Below are positions 28,124 to 42,444 of a stretch of 64,000 bases of DNA, one piece after another; the stretch's first letter is position 1, and each line of letters starts with the position of its first letter. The stretch lies in contig NC_042997.1 in assembly GCF_006345805.1 (NCBI RefSeq), forward strand, positions 164,486,001 through 164,550,000, read 5' to 3'. Both the position numbers and the translations under genes were made by a program. The notes beneath the pieces were generated by a model. The model was not told the origin of the DNA. It worked only from the letters and a program-made list of their open reading frames with translations, and did no database searches. The stretch is from Octopus sinensis (taxonomy: Eukaryota).

Positions 28124-30519
28124 CTATTAGAGAGAAAATAAAATCAAAAGTTAAATACATGATTCGACATTCTTTCAGATGAAAAATAATTAACATTTTA
28201 ATTTCTATTAAAAGGCCATTGCAACACATTGCGGGCATAAAGGAAACTGTTGAATGTTTTTCTTAATTAAACTTTAAAATATTTTTAAATACTATAAAGT
28301 TAACATGAAAAGTATTTCAGAACAAACCAAAGTTAAATTTAAAATCTAGTTCCATAAATGCAATATATTGAACACTGATATAATTTAATCCTTCCCCTCA
28401 AATTACATTGATGACCAATATTGTCAGCATTGAGTTTAAAATTATTCCTAACATTAGTTTCCAAGGCAAAAATATTACATAAAAATATTAAATCACAAAA
28501 GAAAAACAAATCTTTTCAATTTCTTACAAATCTGATACAAGATAATTTATCCATTATAGGAAAACACACACAAACAAAAGTTGTCTATATTAAGCCAGTC
28601 ACTCCAACCTTCTTCCATTCAATAGCTCATAATTATTCAATTGTAATCTTTGTATACCGTTATTGTTCCACATTTAGCTAAATGAAATCTGATAATAGTT
28701 TTTCTTTTCTCAAACAAAAACTGATTCAGAAGAGTTTATACAAAATAACCCAAATCAGAACACTGAACTTTACAAATGAGCTGACTCAAGGTACATGAAA
28801 GAGATGAGATACTGAACACATGAACGTTGCTTAATCTTTTCTTGACGTCAGAAACTAAATATGATGATATAGTATCATATCAAGCCAAATGAAGTGATAA
28901 ATTTCTACTCTTAATTTGTATTCCCCTCTCTATAATTCAACTTTTATGCCATTCACTAATTTTATTCAATCAAATTTGTTTATCTGACAATAGTACTTTG
29001 TTTATGTTTGCAGTATTACCAAATAAAATGTTAGCTCTTTCAGTCTATGATGTGTGCTTTCAAATTTGCTTTGTGATCTCAGTGAACATGAATTTAGCTA
29101 TCTTTCTAGTCAATGATTTAATTTTAAAAACTTTCTTTTGAAATCAATTGCAATTTCTATAAGGTCACCAATCTTCAAAACCATAAGACATGGATCTCTA
29201 CAGAGAAATTGAATGTCTTCATATATATTGTTTGTTTCTGGTACTTTGTTCTCCATTTTCATATTCTATTTTTATTGCAATACAGGTGTAGTTAGTTCAA
29301 CTAATCAGTACAGGAGAACTTTCAAAGCAGCCCCCCTCCATATCTGTCTGCTTATTGACACTTTTCATATTTTTGAAACATCTCCACATTAGTTATTTTA
29401 ATTGAAGTGACCTGTGTTAACAATGGTAAAACTAGTATTGGCATTATAGGAGCATCAAAAAGTTAACTGGAAAAACAACATGCTAACATATTCTCTTTAT
29501 GACTCTTAAACTGCTTTCAGTTTTGTTTTCTCTAGTTTTACAGTCTAGTTGATTTTAATGTGTATTTATCCCAAGCTGTCAGTAAATAGACAAGTCTACA
29601 ATGCATTTCAATGTTATTTCATATGATTTATAGAAAGCTTAATTTCTTTCCTTTATTTAACTTTGGTTCAGATACCTTACTTCTTAGCCCTTTCATGATC
29701 ATATTTCCATTGAAATACACTACATATTGCAATTAACTTTGAAAATAAATCAAGAATTCAGAAATTGTGCATTATGGAAACCAAGGCATTCTCAGACAGG
29801 TAGGTATCAAAAAGGATAATATATGAAATTTAGCTCTCAAAGTTCATTCATATTGTTGGTGTCTGAAACTTAGTTATATGCATCCATTTCTATCAAGCAG
29901 AGTATCGACTTATTAATATATGAAGCCTCTATCTTTGTTCTGATAGATTATGCCTCTAAATCTATTAACACTATCATAATAACCTCATTTTCTTCATGCC
30001 CCAAATAATTAATCTCTATTATTATAAAGAAGTGGAAATTTTTACTCATCTCCACAATTACCTATTACAACCTTTCAGATATTGCTGCATAGTACATGTT
30101 TAAAGTTATGTTTGGAGTGCTTTCTTGGGTGGTAGGAGCAGATTCATATCAAAGAGTAATGACCTACTAAATGACTTTCCACGTAACAGTGTCCATAGAT
30201 GAAGGGAAACCTCAATGAATGTCATGTACCAATGTCAGAAGATCTGCTGTACCACAAGGAACTTCACAGGAGAGACTCCACCCAACCCTGTATCCAATGT
30301 CATGCACTGGTAATGTCTAGCAAGAGAGATGTTTACCTATCTATAAAAAAACCTATCCTTCTCAGTTCTGAACACAGCTACTTAGGTAAGGTGGAGGTAG
30401 ACAATTTCTACTGCAGCATTTGTAGGTTGTGTTTGGCTTCCTGTAGATGGTTTGTGATTGGCCCAGATCCTCTGTTACTATGACCACTGCCTTTCTTCAT
30501 TTAGGGCACATGAGTTGGT

Positions 30520-31600
30520 CTGTCCAGGAAGTGTTTACACTTGGATGCATCATGGGTGTGTTTCTGATTGGCTCATCAGCTGTGATCGAGCCTTTGATTT
30601 CAGTTATCGTGAAGAGTCAGAGACTGAAGGGGAGATGGAGTGGTCAACTTTTTTAATGAGCACCTACTTGCCAACATGTATCTGGTGCTCAGTGGCATGG
30701 TTCCATTTATCAAACAGGTGAATCATGCTGGATGAGCTGATTCTACATTGCTCTTGTTGATTTCATGTGAGGCACCTTGGTTGATACTGTGCAACTTAAC
30801 AAGCTTTCTGTTGGGCTGACACCTGTTGTACTGTGTAGAGATACACAGTATTTCAGCAGAATGTTGCGGACCGCATGTCTGGGGGCCCCGTCTATCAATG
30901 TAAGTAGTGTGGGTTACTTTGCCCAACACCCACAAAAGTTTTGGCAAATCCATTGCTGTCAAAGTGCTCTGGCTCAATGTACAAAACCTTGCTGTTTGGC
31001 ATATTTCTGAAATTCCTCTGACTGGAAGGGAGGTTCATTTTTGCCTTTTATCACTTCTGGAATACTATGGGTGCATTACACTATGAAGCTTTGGAATCAA
31101 GTGGTCCGCCTATGTCGTTATGACAATTTCCACTTCAGGGAAACAGCTGTACTTATCAGGGGAAAAAAAAAGGAACTTTCTTCCAATAAATCCTTCAAAG
31201 TCCATGCACAAATTCTGCCATGGCTTTTCTGGAAGGCAGCTTGGTTTCAATGGATCATGGTGATGCTTTAAGACTTTGTGGTTAGAAAAGCTTTACAGCT
31301 TGACGAATTCTTTTGCCACTTTGTCCATATTGGGAAACAAGACTTTGCTTTACAGGTATTGCTTTGATTTTGTCAGTCCTTGGTGCCCTTCATGGGCAAG
31401 TACAATAACATCAGCTTGTATCATCTTAAGGATAACAAATTGAGTGCCCCTGAAAGCTAGTGATTTGTGAATAATGTGTCTAAAAGGTTGTACTGCCAGC
31501 CTTTCTGCAAGGGTACACTTCAATATGTCAACTTTAAGCATAGCTAGGGTGTTATCATTGTTGGTTTCCCTTTTCAACATTGATAGGTGTATCCATCCAG
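30520..31600 (-). pseudogene. Decayed Ty3/Gypsy-type LTR-retrotransposon integrase
   Basis: Hand-read motifs in correct order across stops and frameshifts: LAHEGHQGLTKSKQYL (Zn-binding His pair), LPEKPWQNLCMDF (~31190-31237), GKNEPPFQSEEFQKYAKQQGF (~30975-31045; cf. SDNGPPF), NGFAKTFV, LHSTTGVSPTE (~30805-30840), FTITEIKGSITA (~30580-30615). Confidence 0.8.
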
Positions 31601-34600
31601 AAAGTCAATTTCTGTATAGCATTAGTAGGCTCTGCTTCCAAAGGGTTAACTATTAGATATCTATAAACTTTTGCTAAATTTTAGAAGTTGCTTTTTCAAC
31701 TTAACTTTTATCTGTTCTCAGAAATTACATAGATGATATTTATGAATTAATGAGGATGTAACTCTCAACTTAGCTACATAAGTGGTTAACACTTCAAGCA
31801 GCTTTTAAAAGACCAGAAAATAGACAATTGAGGTTAATCAGCTGCACAATGTTATTTTGTAGTAAACATTTCAGAAACCAAATTGATAAATAATTAGGGA
31901 AGGAAAAAAAAAAAAAAAACTATCTTTCAACTGCATATACAGCCTTTCAACATTAACTTAAATCATTTTTTTTCTTTCAGCTAATTCTTGAGACGGATTA
32001 TCTTTGTTTTTATTTAAATTTTCAATAATTCAGTATTTCAATATACAGAAACATTGGTACAATCTACATGAATGTCTAAAATAAATACTTGTTTTCCCAA
32101 ATGAGAGTACAGCCTAAGAAATGAAATAACTCAAACGAGAAATCAAGTTCTAGGTTGCTCACTGGGAGCTTATCTGCACTGAATGTCAATCCAAGCTAGC
32201 AGGAGCAGATTTGGAATGCCTTTAAGAATAACAGGATCATACTCTCTCTAAATTATTTTGATATACATTATCTATACACCACAAAAATAGACACACAAAA
32301 TTAACTCATACTTGTTGAGAAAAACATCAAATAAAATGCTTTTAATTGAAAGACAAATCATATGACATTTCAATCTTTCCAAGGAACATTAGCTACATAA
32401 ATAAAGTTGTTCCAAAATTGAATAAAAAGATATCAGTTCTATGAATTTGCTACTCATTAATAATACTAATGCAGGTAAAATGAATAAACTGACAAATGTT
32501 ACACATCAGATCAGCTGTCAATTGTACCAAAATTAGATTTTTTAAAAAAGAATTTCTTACTGGCAACCTTTAATTATGATCAATATTGAGAAGCCTGAAT
32601 GCTCAGAATAAAAAAATATTTCCACTAGATATTTTGCAAAACAATACATAGAAAATAAAGACAAAATTACAATTCCCTGATACTATAGAGAAACTGGAGA
32701 CAATTTAGATTACTAGTATATGCACTATCTCAGTTGGTTTTTAATTAGTTCCAGACTAGAATGGAAATAAAAACAGCTTACCACTAGTGATATATAAAAT
32801 AGGCTATGTACATTGAGTACTATACTATCTACCGAAAAAGACCACAGAAATTTGTTTTTACACATTCCATTTTCCATACTGGAATATATAGATGCTTGAG
32901 GATAATCTAAAAACAACAAAAAAAAAAGCCCAAGCAGGCAAAGTGGGGATCTCCGAAGTTAACTTTCATATATTAAAACTATCTATCAAAATTCTCTTTA
33001 TATAATAATTGAAATCAGGGGAAAATAGAAAAAAAAAAGTAAAATTAACAGAAAAAAAAAAAATTCCAAGTGCAAAACAAAATTTACATTGAATGTTATA
33101 TTGCAACATCATACTACCAACTCATTATATATTTCTAAAAGCTTAATCTAGAAACTGAAAAACAGTTATTTTTTTTTTAAATGTTACAAAAAAAATGTAA
33201 AATAAAAACTAATGGATTGTTTTACATGCCAAAATTAAATATTCTCTTTGCCATTTGATATAATTCCCAAAAAGGATATTGCTGATTAACTACTAACCAA
33301 ACTAATCAGTCATTTAATTTCCCACTACCTTGGAAATAGCCCCATCTCATTCACATTTTAGTAACCTACTTTAGCTACTAGCTCAGTCAAAACTGCAGTG
33401 AATAGCTTTTTGTGTTTTTGTACAGTAAGAATTTAGTTGGCTCCACATCACCAAAGCTATCTAACAAAAAGAAGAATTTCATCTGAAAATCAACCTCATT
33501 ACAATAATTGTAAACAATTTCCTTTGCAATAATTTTAGCATATTTAATATCTTTAAAAAAATACTTCCTCGTACAAATAACAAATGCAATTTATACTGAT
33601 TAGCTGTTCAATAATAAAAAGTCTTTGTTCATATACCAACAATTGTTTCAGCTATTTTCATATTTGTGCAAGGAGTAAATAAATATGACTATTTTCTAGC
33701 TATCTGAAAATGCATTCCATTTTATTATAATGATACACAGCCCAAACATATGGTGTAGTAGAGGATACACCAGCAGAATACAATTAATCTGTTCATACAT
33801 TGCAAACTAAAGCACCTTCCCACAATCAGTTATGGAACAATTGAACAACTCATTCTTATTAACAGTTACAACAGGAAGAATCACATAATGTACACATCAA
33901 TCAACACACTGCTTTAGGCAAGCTATTCAAATCAATTCAATTTTTATGTTGATTTCCCTGACATTTCAGTAATCATCTCCACTGACTGCTACCATTTAAC
34001 ATTGATATATATATATATATAATTTGTTTCTTAGTACTGATTAAGAGAGAGCAAGCTAAATGTGATTTTTACTGATCAAGAAGAGCTCTTGAAAAAGAAT
34101 CACTTGAAAATAAAAGGCTTATTCGAAGCAGGCTGCTATAACTTATCTCTCAATACTAAACTATCAGTTAATAGACCTTATTTAATGAGACATGTTAGGT
34201 TAAGTGGCTTTAGTTATCTTAAAATAGTCAAGAGATTTATCCTACATTAAGAAATAAAAACAAAACAGAAAAATGTTACTGAGATGAAAAGGTCAGTAGG
34301 TAAGAAAACTCTGTATGGAGCCAATCCAGCCATATACTCAGTTGCATGCTACTACACTCAAAACATCTAATTCAACACGTTTTTCACACCAGTAAAACTA
34401 TTGACAAGTAAATTGTAGTATATATATATAAATATATATATATACATGCATGCATGAGTGATAAAGGGAAGAAGGTTGAGCTCACAGTAGTAGGTACATC
34501 ACACCCTTTGTGCATATTTCAGCATCTGACTCATACACAAGATAACATATTGCTTTCCCTAAATATTATTCTCAACACAGTTTACAGTTGCAATAAAATA

Positions 34601-35214
34601 ATAATAAAACTAACTCTTAACTTAAATAATCCCTGACGAACAGTCAAGCAAAGTCCTGGAACCAAAGACATCACAGCAACTGGGTTTCTATGATCTATGC
34701 CCACAACAGATTAACGGCTCCTTTTAAATTTATGAAGCAGCTAATAAGCATGAGAATTAGAGTCAGCCAATACAGAACCACCTACATTGAAGGTTTGTAA
34801 GACTGAGAATCACAGACACATTTGATTTGCAGCAGAATCAAACTCAGCTTAAGCAATTGTTTTTGTGACATCACCATATTCATTTTCAACATCAATATTC
34901 ATATAGACTGAGTAGTAACATGACTACTCCACTTAACATGTTTAATTATTTGGCGGGTTGTTTGCATGTACAAATGCCAAATCTAGAGCAAGCTATGGTG
35001 GATAAGCTAAATAACTTTCTCCATCCATTTTTGGTGTGAAAATCTATGAGTTAGAGTTTAAGGCAGATTTTCTAGAGATGGATGCCTATCCTGTCACCCA
35101 CTTCAAAGCAAGGTAATATTTTCCCATGACCAGACATATTTCTGCAGAATAGTGGAAATGAACAATACTGCTTGTGTGGCAGTGACAATCATTTACAACT
35201 ATCATACATCAAAA

Positions 35215-35600
35215 GAAGGACACGGACACACACACATGTCCATGACTCTTCCACTTTTTACCTTTCTTCTTTCTTTCTACTTCCATTTTTCTCTTTTTGT
35301 CGCCATCATTTATACCTACACCGACATTCACACCCTCCCTCTCACCATGCCTGACCTCCACTCCTTCCTCCAACACCTTCAATCCCTTCTTTGCCGTTTT
35401 CTTGCCCCCCCCCCATGCTTGCACCTTCTCTTGCACTCTCCTGTCTTTGAAAGAACTTTTTCTTCACCCATTCCCTTCTGGTCATTCCAATATGTGACCG
35501 CATATATCTATCGTTTGTGATTTTCTCTGCTTTCTTTCCTTTCCTGGGCATCCAATAACACTATACTTGTTTCATATCCTCGTGTTGTGTTTTCTCTTTG
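35215..35600. repeat. CT-rich interspersed repeat fragment, unclassified
   Basis: Pyrimidine-rich and bounded by microsatellites; the overlapping ORFs are low-complexity. Confidence 0.4.
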
Positions 35601-35651
35601 CTCAGGTTTGGATTAACTATATATATATATATATATACACATACATACAAT

Positions 35652-35803
35652 AGGCTTCTATAAGTTTCTATTTACTGAATCTATTCAGAAGGCTCTGCTC
35701 AATCTTGGGTTATAGAAGAAATGAGCCCTGGTACCACACAGTGAATTTGAACCTAGAACCATATGGTTGTGAAGCAAACTTCTTACTATACAACCACACC
35801 TGT
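35652..35803 (-). mobile_element. Type-A SINE head
   Basis: Reverse complement of the 14368 head (...gaagcaaacttcttactatacaaccacacctg). Confidence 0.7.
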
Positions 35804-37494
35804 ACCTCATTGTATTTGGATTTATGAAATGGATACAAGATCATATTTTGAGAGAAGAATAAAGGATACAGCTGTCTTGATTTCAACTCAACTAAGTTAA
35901 AATACTCAACGTTTCATCATGAGGTTCCAATGGACACATCAGAGCATACTTAAGAAATTAAATCACTTAGGAAAATTACTCAAATGCCACTTGCACGACA
36001 AACAACCGCTAAGTTATTGACATGTGTAATGCAACAAACATTAAAAAGTTAACTAAATATAATCATGTGAGAAAACAAATTAGATTAACTCAGCAAGAAA
36101 GATGAGCCTTATGAAGGACCAAGATATGTGGTGCATTGCTGTACTCAAGAAGACCTGCCCACTAAAACAGAACTGATATGCTAAAACCAAGATGCCACAT
36201 GAAAAGCACTGGTGGCAGGAAACCAATGCCAAGAAATCAATATCTTATAAATATATGTGGAAACAACTGTAATCAGCTTACCTGCTTTCAATCTATTTCG
36301 GCAGGTGAAAATTACATGAGTAAAAACCCCATTTACAATATACATCAACAATTATATCACATTGGCAAATTTCATTTAAATTCATGAAAATGGTTATATT
36401 TTTATGGTTTATATCCTGGACTAATTGCATTTCATCAAAATCCTTAGTTTCTAACAGGACTAGATTAAATAGGGAAAGCACTACAGGACTTTGAGGGTTA
36501 ATGCATAGTTTGACCTTGTGAATTAGGGCAGCAAAAACAATTTCAAATTTGAAGTTTAAAAAATGCAATGCTTATGTTTAGCATCACGTTACACTCACAT
36601 TTTCAGTCATGAGTGTTCAACAAGAGCAGTAAAAAGAAACATTCATATGACCTTATTTATAAGATTGTGTTCTTGTTACCTACTTTTCATCCCTCACAAT
36701 TCAATGTAATAGTTAAAACAATGTGGCAGTGCTTGAATCTATGATCTTTAGATAGCCCAGAAATTTAACCACTTCAGTACCATATCTAATTCAGAACTGA
36801 TGCAGAGAGCAGCTGGTTAAATATTCAACTCTCTTTCCAAAAGACCCTTCAAATTCTCTAACACCTAACTACTCAATAATAACCAGCTCATAGTGTTCCT
36901 TTTCAAATGAAAAGTGGTTCTCTATGCCATGTTGAAGACAATTCAAAAGATTCATAGACCCAGATTAAATCAAATGTAAAGATGGCTCTTCAGCTTAGAA
37001 TTCTTTCAACTCAAAAACACTCAGATATTGTACACAATGTCAAATGTTGGTTAGTTAAAAATATGAAAATAATTTCATTTCTGAATTCATAACTGCTTCT
37101 TACATTTAAACTTCAATAGATTACTCGGGCATTAATATTTTTGATGTTTGCAACATAGAAATAGAGAAAGATAATAAAAAAAAAAAAAGCTTGATTTGAA
37201 TGTAAACAGACTGATAGACAACTTGACAGCTGATATTTCTTGGTTTTTAAATCCTACAAAGTTCTAAATGATAATTATGAAATCAATTTCCAAGATATAC
37301 TTGTTCAAATGTTTGTTTGAACAAGTATATTTGGGAAATTGATTTCAAGCTTTGTAGTATGGATTTAATCAAAATGTGAGGCATAATGTGATAAAGAAAA
37401 AACATTGTATGAGTGATGGGAATTACTCCAGCATTGAATCTTAATACATACTGGATTAAAGATTATATTTCACATAGTTCTTAATGTCTACTGG

Positions 37495-37612
37495 GCAGAA
37501 GAACATCCAGCCACAGAAACCATGCCAAATCAGACTGGAGTCTGGTGCAGCTTCCCAGCTCGCGTCAAACCATCCAACCCATGCCAGCATGGGCAACAGA
37601 CATTAAATGATG
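37495..37612 (+). mobile_element. RTE-family 3' end fragment
   Basis: catccagccacagaaaccatgccaaatcagactggag...catccaacccatgccagcatgggcaacagacattaaatgatg. Confidence 0.7.
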
Positions 37613-37890
37613 TCTAAGTGCATTTCAAATTCTATAAGGTACACTCACTCTTGAGACTAAGTATTCAGCCGGGGTGGGTTAAGCTGGCTTCATTCATCCT
37701 CAATGCTGCATCTCTCACAAACGCAGACCGGGCCTGGCAATTTAACGCTAACGACCGCGTGATCTCCAACCACTCCTTATTCCAGCGGCAAACACCATAG
37801 ATATGGGGGCCTAGGTTGGGTTCCAGATCAGCTTTGACTTCAAATATTCCTCATGTTCACACTCACTCAGATATAATAAACTTATTTGAG

Positions 37891-38150
37891 GTGCAAGCAT
37901 AGCTGTGTGGCTAAGAAGTTTACTTCACAACCACATGGTTTTAGGTTTGGTCCCACTAATACCATGTGAGTGTAATTTGATAGACAGAAACTGTACAGAA
38001 GCCTGTTATTAATATGTGTGACTAAGAAGCTCACTTCACAAACATGTGGTTTTGAGTTCAGTCCTACTACATAGCACTTTTGGCAAGTGTCCTCTACTAT
38101 AGCTTAACCCAATCAATACCTAGTGAGTGATTTGGTAGAAATTGCACTGT
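37891..38150 (+). mobile_element. Two tandem type-A SINE heads
   Basis: gcatagctgtgtggctaagaagtttacttcacaaccacatgg at 37897 and tgtgtgactaagaagctcacttcacaaacatgtgg at 38016. Confidence 0.7.
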
Positions 38151-40053
38151 GTGTGTGTCTTTACACTGCATATCACATGAAAAAACATTGAGCTATAGAT
38201 CTTGATGTTTGTTCACAATCTCTTTGTCAACTAGTTAACTAGCTATACACTTTCAAAGACGAGCAGAATCAACACCCACAAGCTTAAAAACTGCTAAATG
38301 TTACCAACAGGAAGAATATCTAACTGTAAAAGAATGTCTCAATAATATGCATTCGTCTACTAACCCATGCTAATAAAGAAAATGATCATTTAATGTCTGT
38401 TTTCCATGCTGGAAAAGAAGAGGGCTCAATTAGGCTCCATTTTTCTGCTTTGCTATGGTTTCTATGCAGGATGCACAAAATACACACATACAAAATCATA
38501 TTTCCATCCACTTTCCATGCTTGCATGAATCAGATGGAATTTGTTGAAGCAATTTTTCTATGGCCCGTTGCCATTCCTGTCACCAACCCTCACCTGTTTC
38601 CAAGCAAAGCAATAATTCCCTAGTCTATCAAACAACAAAGCAGATCAGATATAGTTACAAGCCTCCTTTGGTTACAAAGACCACACAACATATCAAGAAG
38701 CCTGAAAGAGCCTTTGTGGTTGGCTGGAAGTATACAACACTGCTTGTATTTGGTAGCGAGACTGCTGTTTTGTTTACAAGCATTAAACACAAAGACAAAG
38801 ATATCATACACATACACACACATAGACAAGCTTCTGTTTCTGCCAATCCATTTCATTCACGAAGTACTAGACAACCCATGTCTATATGACAAAATGAGAT
38901 CCAACCTCTAACCATGTGGTTCCAAAGTAAACTTCTTAACTATACAGCCGTGCTTGCACACATGTGCACACATACACATGTAATTATGTTTGTGTGTATG
39001 AGAGTAAACATTAAAATATAATCCTAACTTTAAACTGAAAATTTTCCTCTTTATTGCTGGTTATTGTCGTAGATTTTCCCTAACCTTGGTTAAGTAGGGA
39101 ACAGTTATTATATTTAAAACTCAGATAAGACTTAAAATAAGCAAAGCAATAGTTTAGCTCTCTTTCTTCCAAATTAGCAGAAACATTTTAGAGAGAACCT
39201 ACAAGCAGTTTGCACACTGTCCACACCTGTATTTTTCAGCTGTTGTTTTTCATTTTAGCCATTTTCATTTTCCGGGGGTTTTTTTTTTTTTTGGTCCTAA
39301 GGTTCCACCTTTTTTTGTACCAGTCTCAAATGGCTGTATTTTGTCGATAGTGACAGTTAAATTAGAGCTTGACCCTCGCGATTATCTTCAGTTATTTTAA
39401 GAGCATTGGAACAAATGACACTTTACACATTTGGTGTCTTCCTTAAGCACAAGTATACCTTGTCCTTTCTGAGCCTCTACAGAAACTGTAGAATCTTCAT
39501 TTTTGTTTCTGTTTGGACCCGAGATTCACCAGCAAGAATGTAGGAACAGATGAATCTGTTCTACTTTCTTTCACTCTAAGCCCTCAAGTCATGGAATTCA
39601 AAGCTCTATCTGCCATCAGACTGTTGGATGAAGAACATTCAGCCAAATTCCATATTGTCAAGAAATAGCATATTTCCTTCACCAGCTAATTTCATTTAAT
39701 TTTTTTGAAAACATTGTTTTTAATGATCTCTACTAAAATAAAATCTACTTCGTTGGCATCCATCAGTCTAGTCAACCTTGACAAAGAAATTATTTGCCTG
39801 TTTAACTATCTCAAAAATAATAAGAAATGGTGAGATAGAAATGGGAACAGAGAAAGAGAGAGACAGTAAAAGAAGGATTAAAGAGACAAGTGTGTTTGGA
39901 AGATTAATATATTTTTAAGAGAAAGAACAGGATACAAATTCCATTCATAATGTACAGGTCAATCTCACAATACAGCTGAAGACACTCACACAAAATGATA
40001 TATTTAAGACCACAAAATAAACTACATATTCACATAACATGCTTGCATCTGCC

Positions 40054-40084
<31 letters not shown>

Positions 40085-40092
<8 letters not shown>

Positions 40093-40693
40093 TACATATA
40101 TGCTTGTATGTGTGTGTATATAATAAACCTTTACATAAATAAATAACGTGAAATACACGAAGGGACGAACAAAAAGACAAACGGGTCATTCAAAGCCTTC
40201 ATTCTTCAGTCAGAAACTGATCCCTCATCGCAGATTTCGACACACAGGTAGGTATGATGGGGTGAAGGCACATAGCCTAGAGGTTAGTGTATTAAGATTA
40301 CCATTGTAAGATTGAGTGCCCGACTTCCACATTAGGTGGTGTTCTATGTCCATGAGCAAGGCACACATTTTATGTTACTTCATTCTACTTAACTGAAACG
40401 TCAACCATTAGTAGCTATGGCCTTACCCTTGCAATGTGTTGGCATTCCGTGCAGGAGAAGAGCTTGAACCCTCAGTTGCTTCCATAACCCAGAAAGTGGA
40501 ATAAGCTCTGGTCAAATGAACCAGTGGGCTAGTAAAAGATTCAAGTGAGTGTGTGTATACACATAAAGTGTACACTAAAGAAAGAAGCTAAACATAAGCA
40601 GCAATTTTAAAAGAGAAACTAGCTTACTGATGTGCTCACCAGGTAACAGTTTCTAATTTTACTGTGTGACACTCACTATCTCAAGTATATATA

Positions 40694-40732
<39 letters not shown>

Positions 40733-41325
40733 TACATATATGCTTGTATGTGTGTGTATATAATAAACCTTTACATAAATAAATAACGTGAAATACACGA
40801 AGGGACGAACAAAAAGACAAACGGGTCATTCAAAGCCTTCATTCTTCAGTCAGAAACTGATCCCTCATCGCAGATTTCGACACACAGGTAGGTATGATGG
40901 GGTGAAGGCACATAGCCTAGAGGTTAGTGTATTAAGATTACCATTGTAAGATTGAGTGCCCGACTTCCACATTAGGTGGTGTTCTATGTCCATGAGCAAG
41001 GCACACATTTTATGTTACTTCATTCTACTTAACTGAAACGTCAACCATTAGTAGCTATGGCCTTACCCTTGCAATGTGTTGGCATTCCGTGCAGGAGAAG
41101 AGCTTGAACCCTCAGTTGCTTCCATAACCCAGAAAGTGGAATAAGCTCTGGTCAAATGAACCAGTGGGCTAGTAAAAGATTCAAGTGAGTGTGTGTATAC
41201 ACATAAAGTGTACACTAAAGAAAGAAGCTAAACATAAGCAGCAATTTTAAAAGAGAAACTAGCTTACTGATGTGCTCACCAGGTAACAGTTTCTAATTTT
41301 ACTGTGTGACACTCACTATCTCAAG
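40085..41325. repeat. Exact tandem duplication, period 640 bp (40085-40685 and 40725-41325), bounded by (TA)n tracts
   Basis: No difference found by eye between the copies; three (TA)n tracts flank and separate them. Confidence 0.92.
40261..40538 (+). mobile_element. Old CORE-type SINE (second copy at 40901-41178 by duplication)
   Basis: tRNA-like head ggtgaaggcacatagcctagaggttagtgt followed by CORE-like gtccatgagcaaggcacac...ctacttaactg. Confidence 0.55.
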
Positions 41326-41378
<53 letters not shown>

Positions 41379-41381
<3 letters not shown>

Positions 41382-41660
41382 GAGGCACAATGGCCCAGTG
41401 GTCGTAGGATCGCGGTTTCAATTCCCAGAACAGGCATTGTGAGTGTTTATTGAGCGAAAACATCAAAAGCTCCACGAGGCACTGGCAGGGGGTGGTGGCG
41501 ATCCCTACTGTACTCTTTCGCCGCAACTGTCTCTCACTCTTTCTTCTGTTGACCTGCTCACTTAGCCAGCGGGGTGGTGTCATTTGAAGGCTAAAACAAT
41601 GCAAAGCGCATTGTGACCAGCGATGTGTAGTAACATTTTATAGCCTGGTCGGTCACATGA
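41379..41660 (+). mobile_element. tRNA-derived SINE, type-B head with tail 2, fairly young (CpGs retained)
   Basis: ggaggcacaatggcccagtggtcgtaggatcgcggtttcaattcccag...; inserted in a (TA)n tract. Confidence 0.8.
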
Positions 41661-41997
41661 GATATATATATATATAATAAATAAAACAGTTTTATTTATT
41701 TATTTCTTTAATCTATATAAACATTTGTGTACAGCTAGTAAGCCATGACAAGGAAGGATGTACTGTACCCCTTATATAAGAAACAAACAAAAAAGAAAAA
41801 GATGTAGAGAATAGTTAAATTTTTTTGAAGCTTCCATGAATTGGAAACTTTTACATTGGAGTAAATTACACTATGGTTTAAGTAGTCTCCACAAGAGTAT
41901 AAAATGGTGATTCCATACAATAATACAAAAATATACAAGAGAAATTTTAAAGATTCCAATGAAACTATATAAAAAAAACAATAAAAGTGACTACTTA

Positions 41998-42444
<447 letters not shown>

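Noticed and set aside
27940-28238. Track ORFs overlapping the DBD exon (27940 + and 27996 -)
   Set aside because: Wrong frame or strand; the RXR frame is bounded by splice sites and was not listed.
40190-40240. Possible hammerhead ribozyme or Penelope-like end (CTGAAGA at 40209-40203, minus strand)
   Set aside because: No stem II followed by GAAA at the required position.
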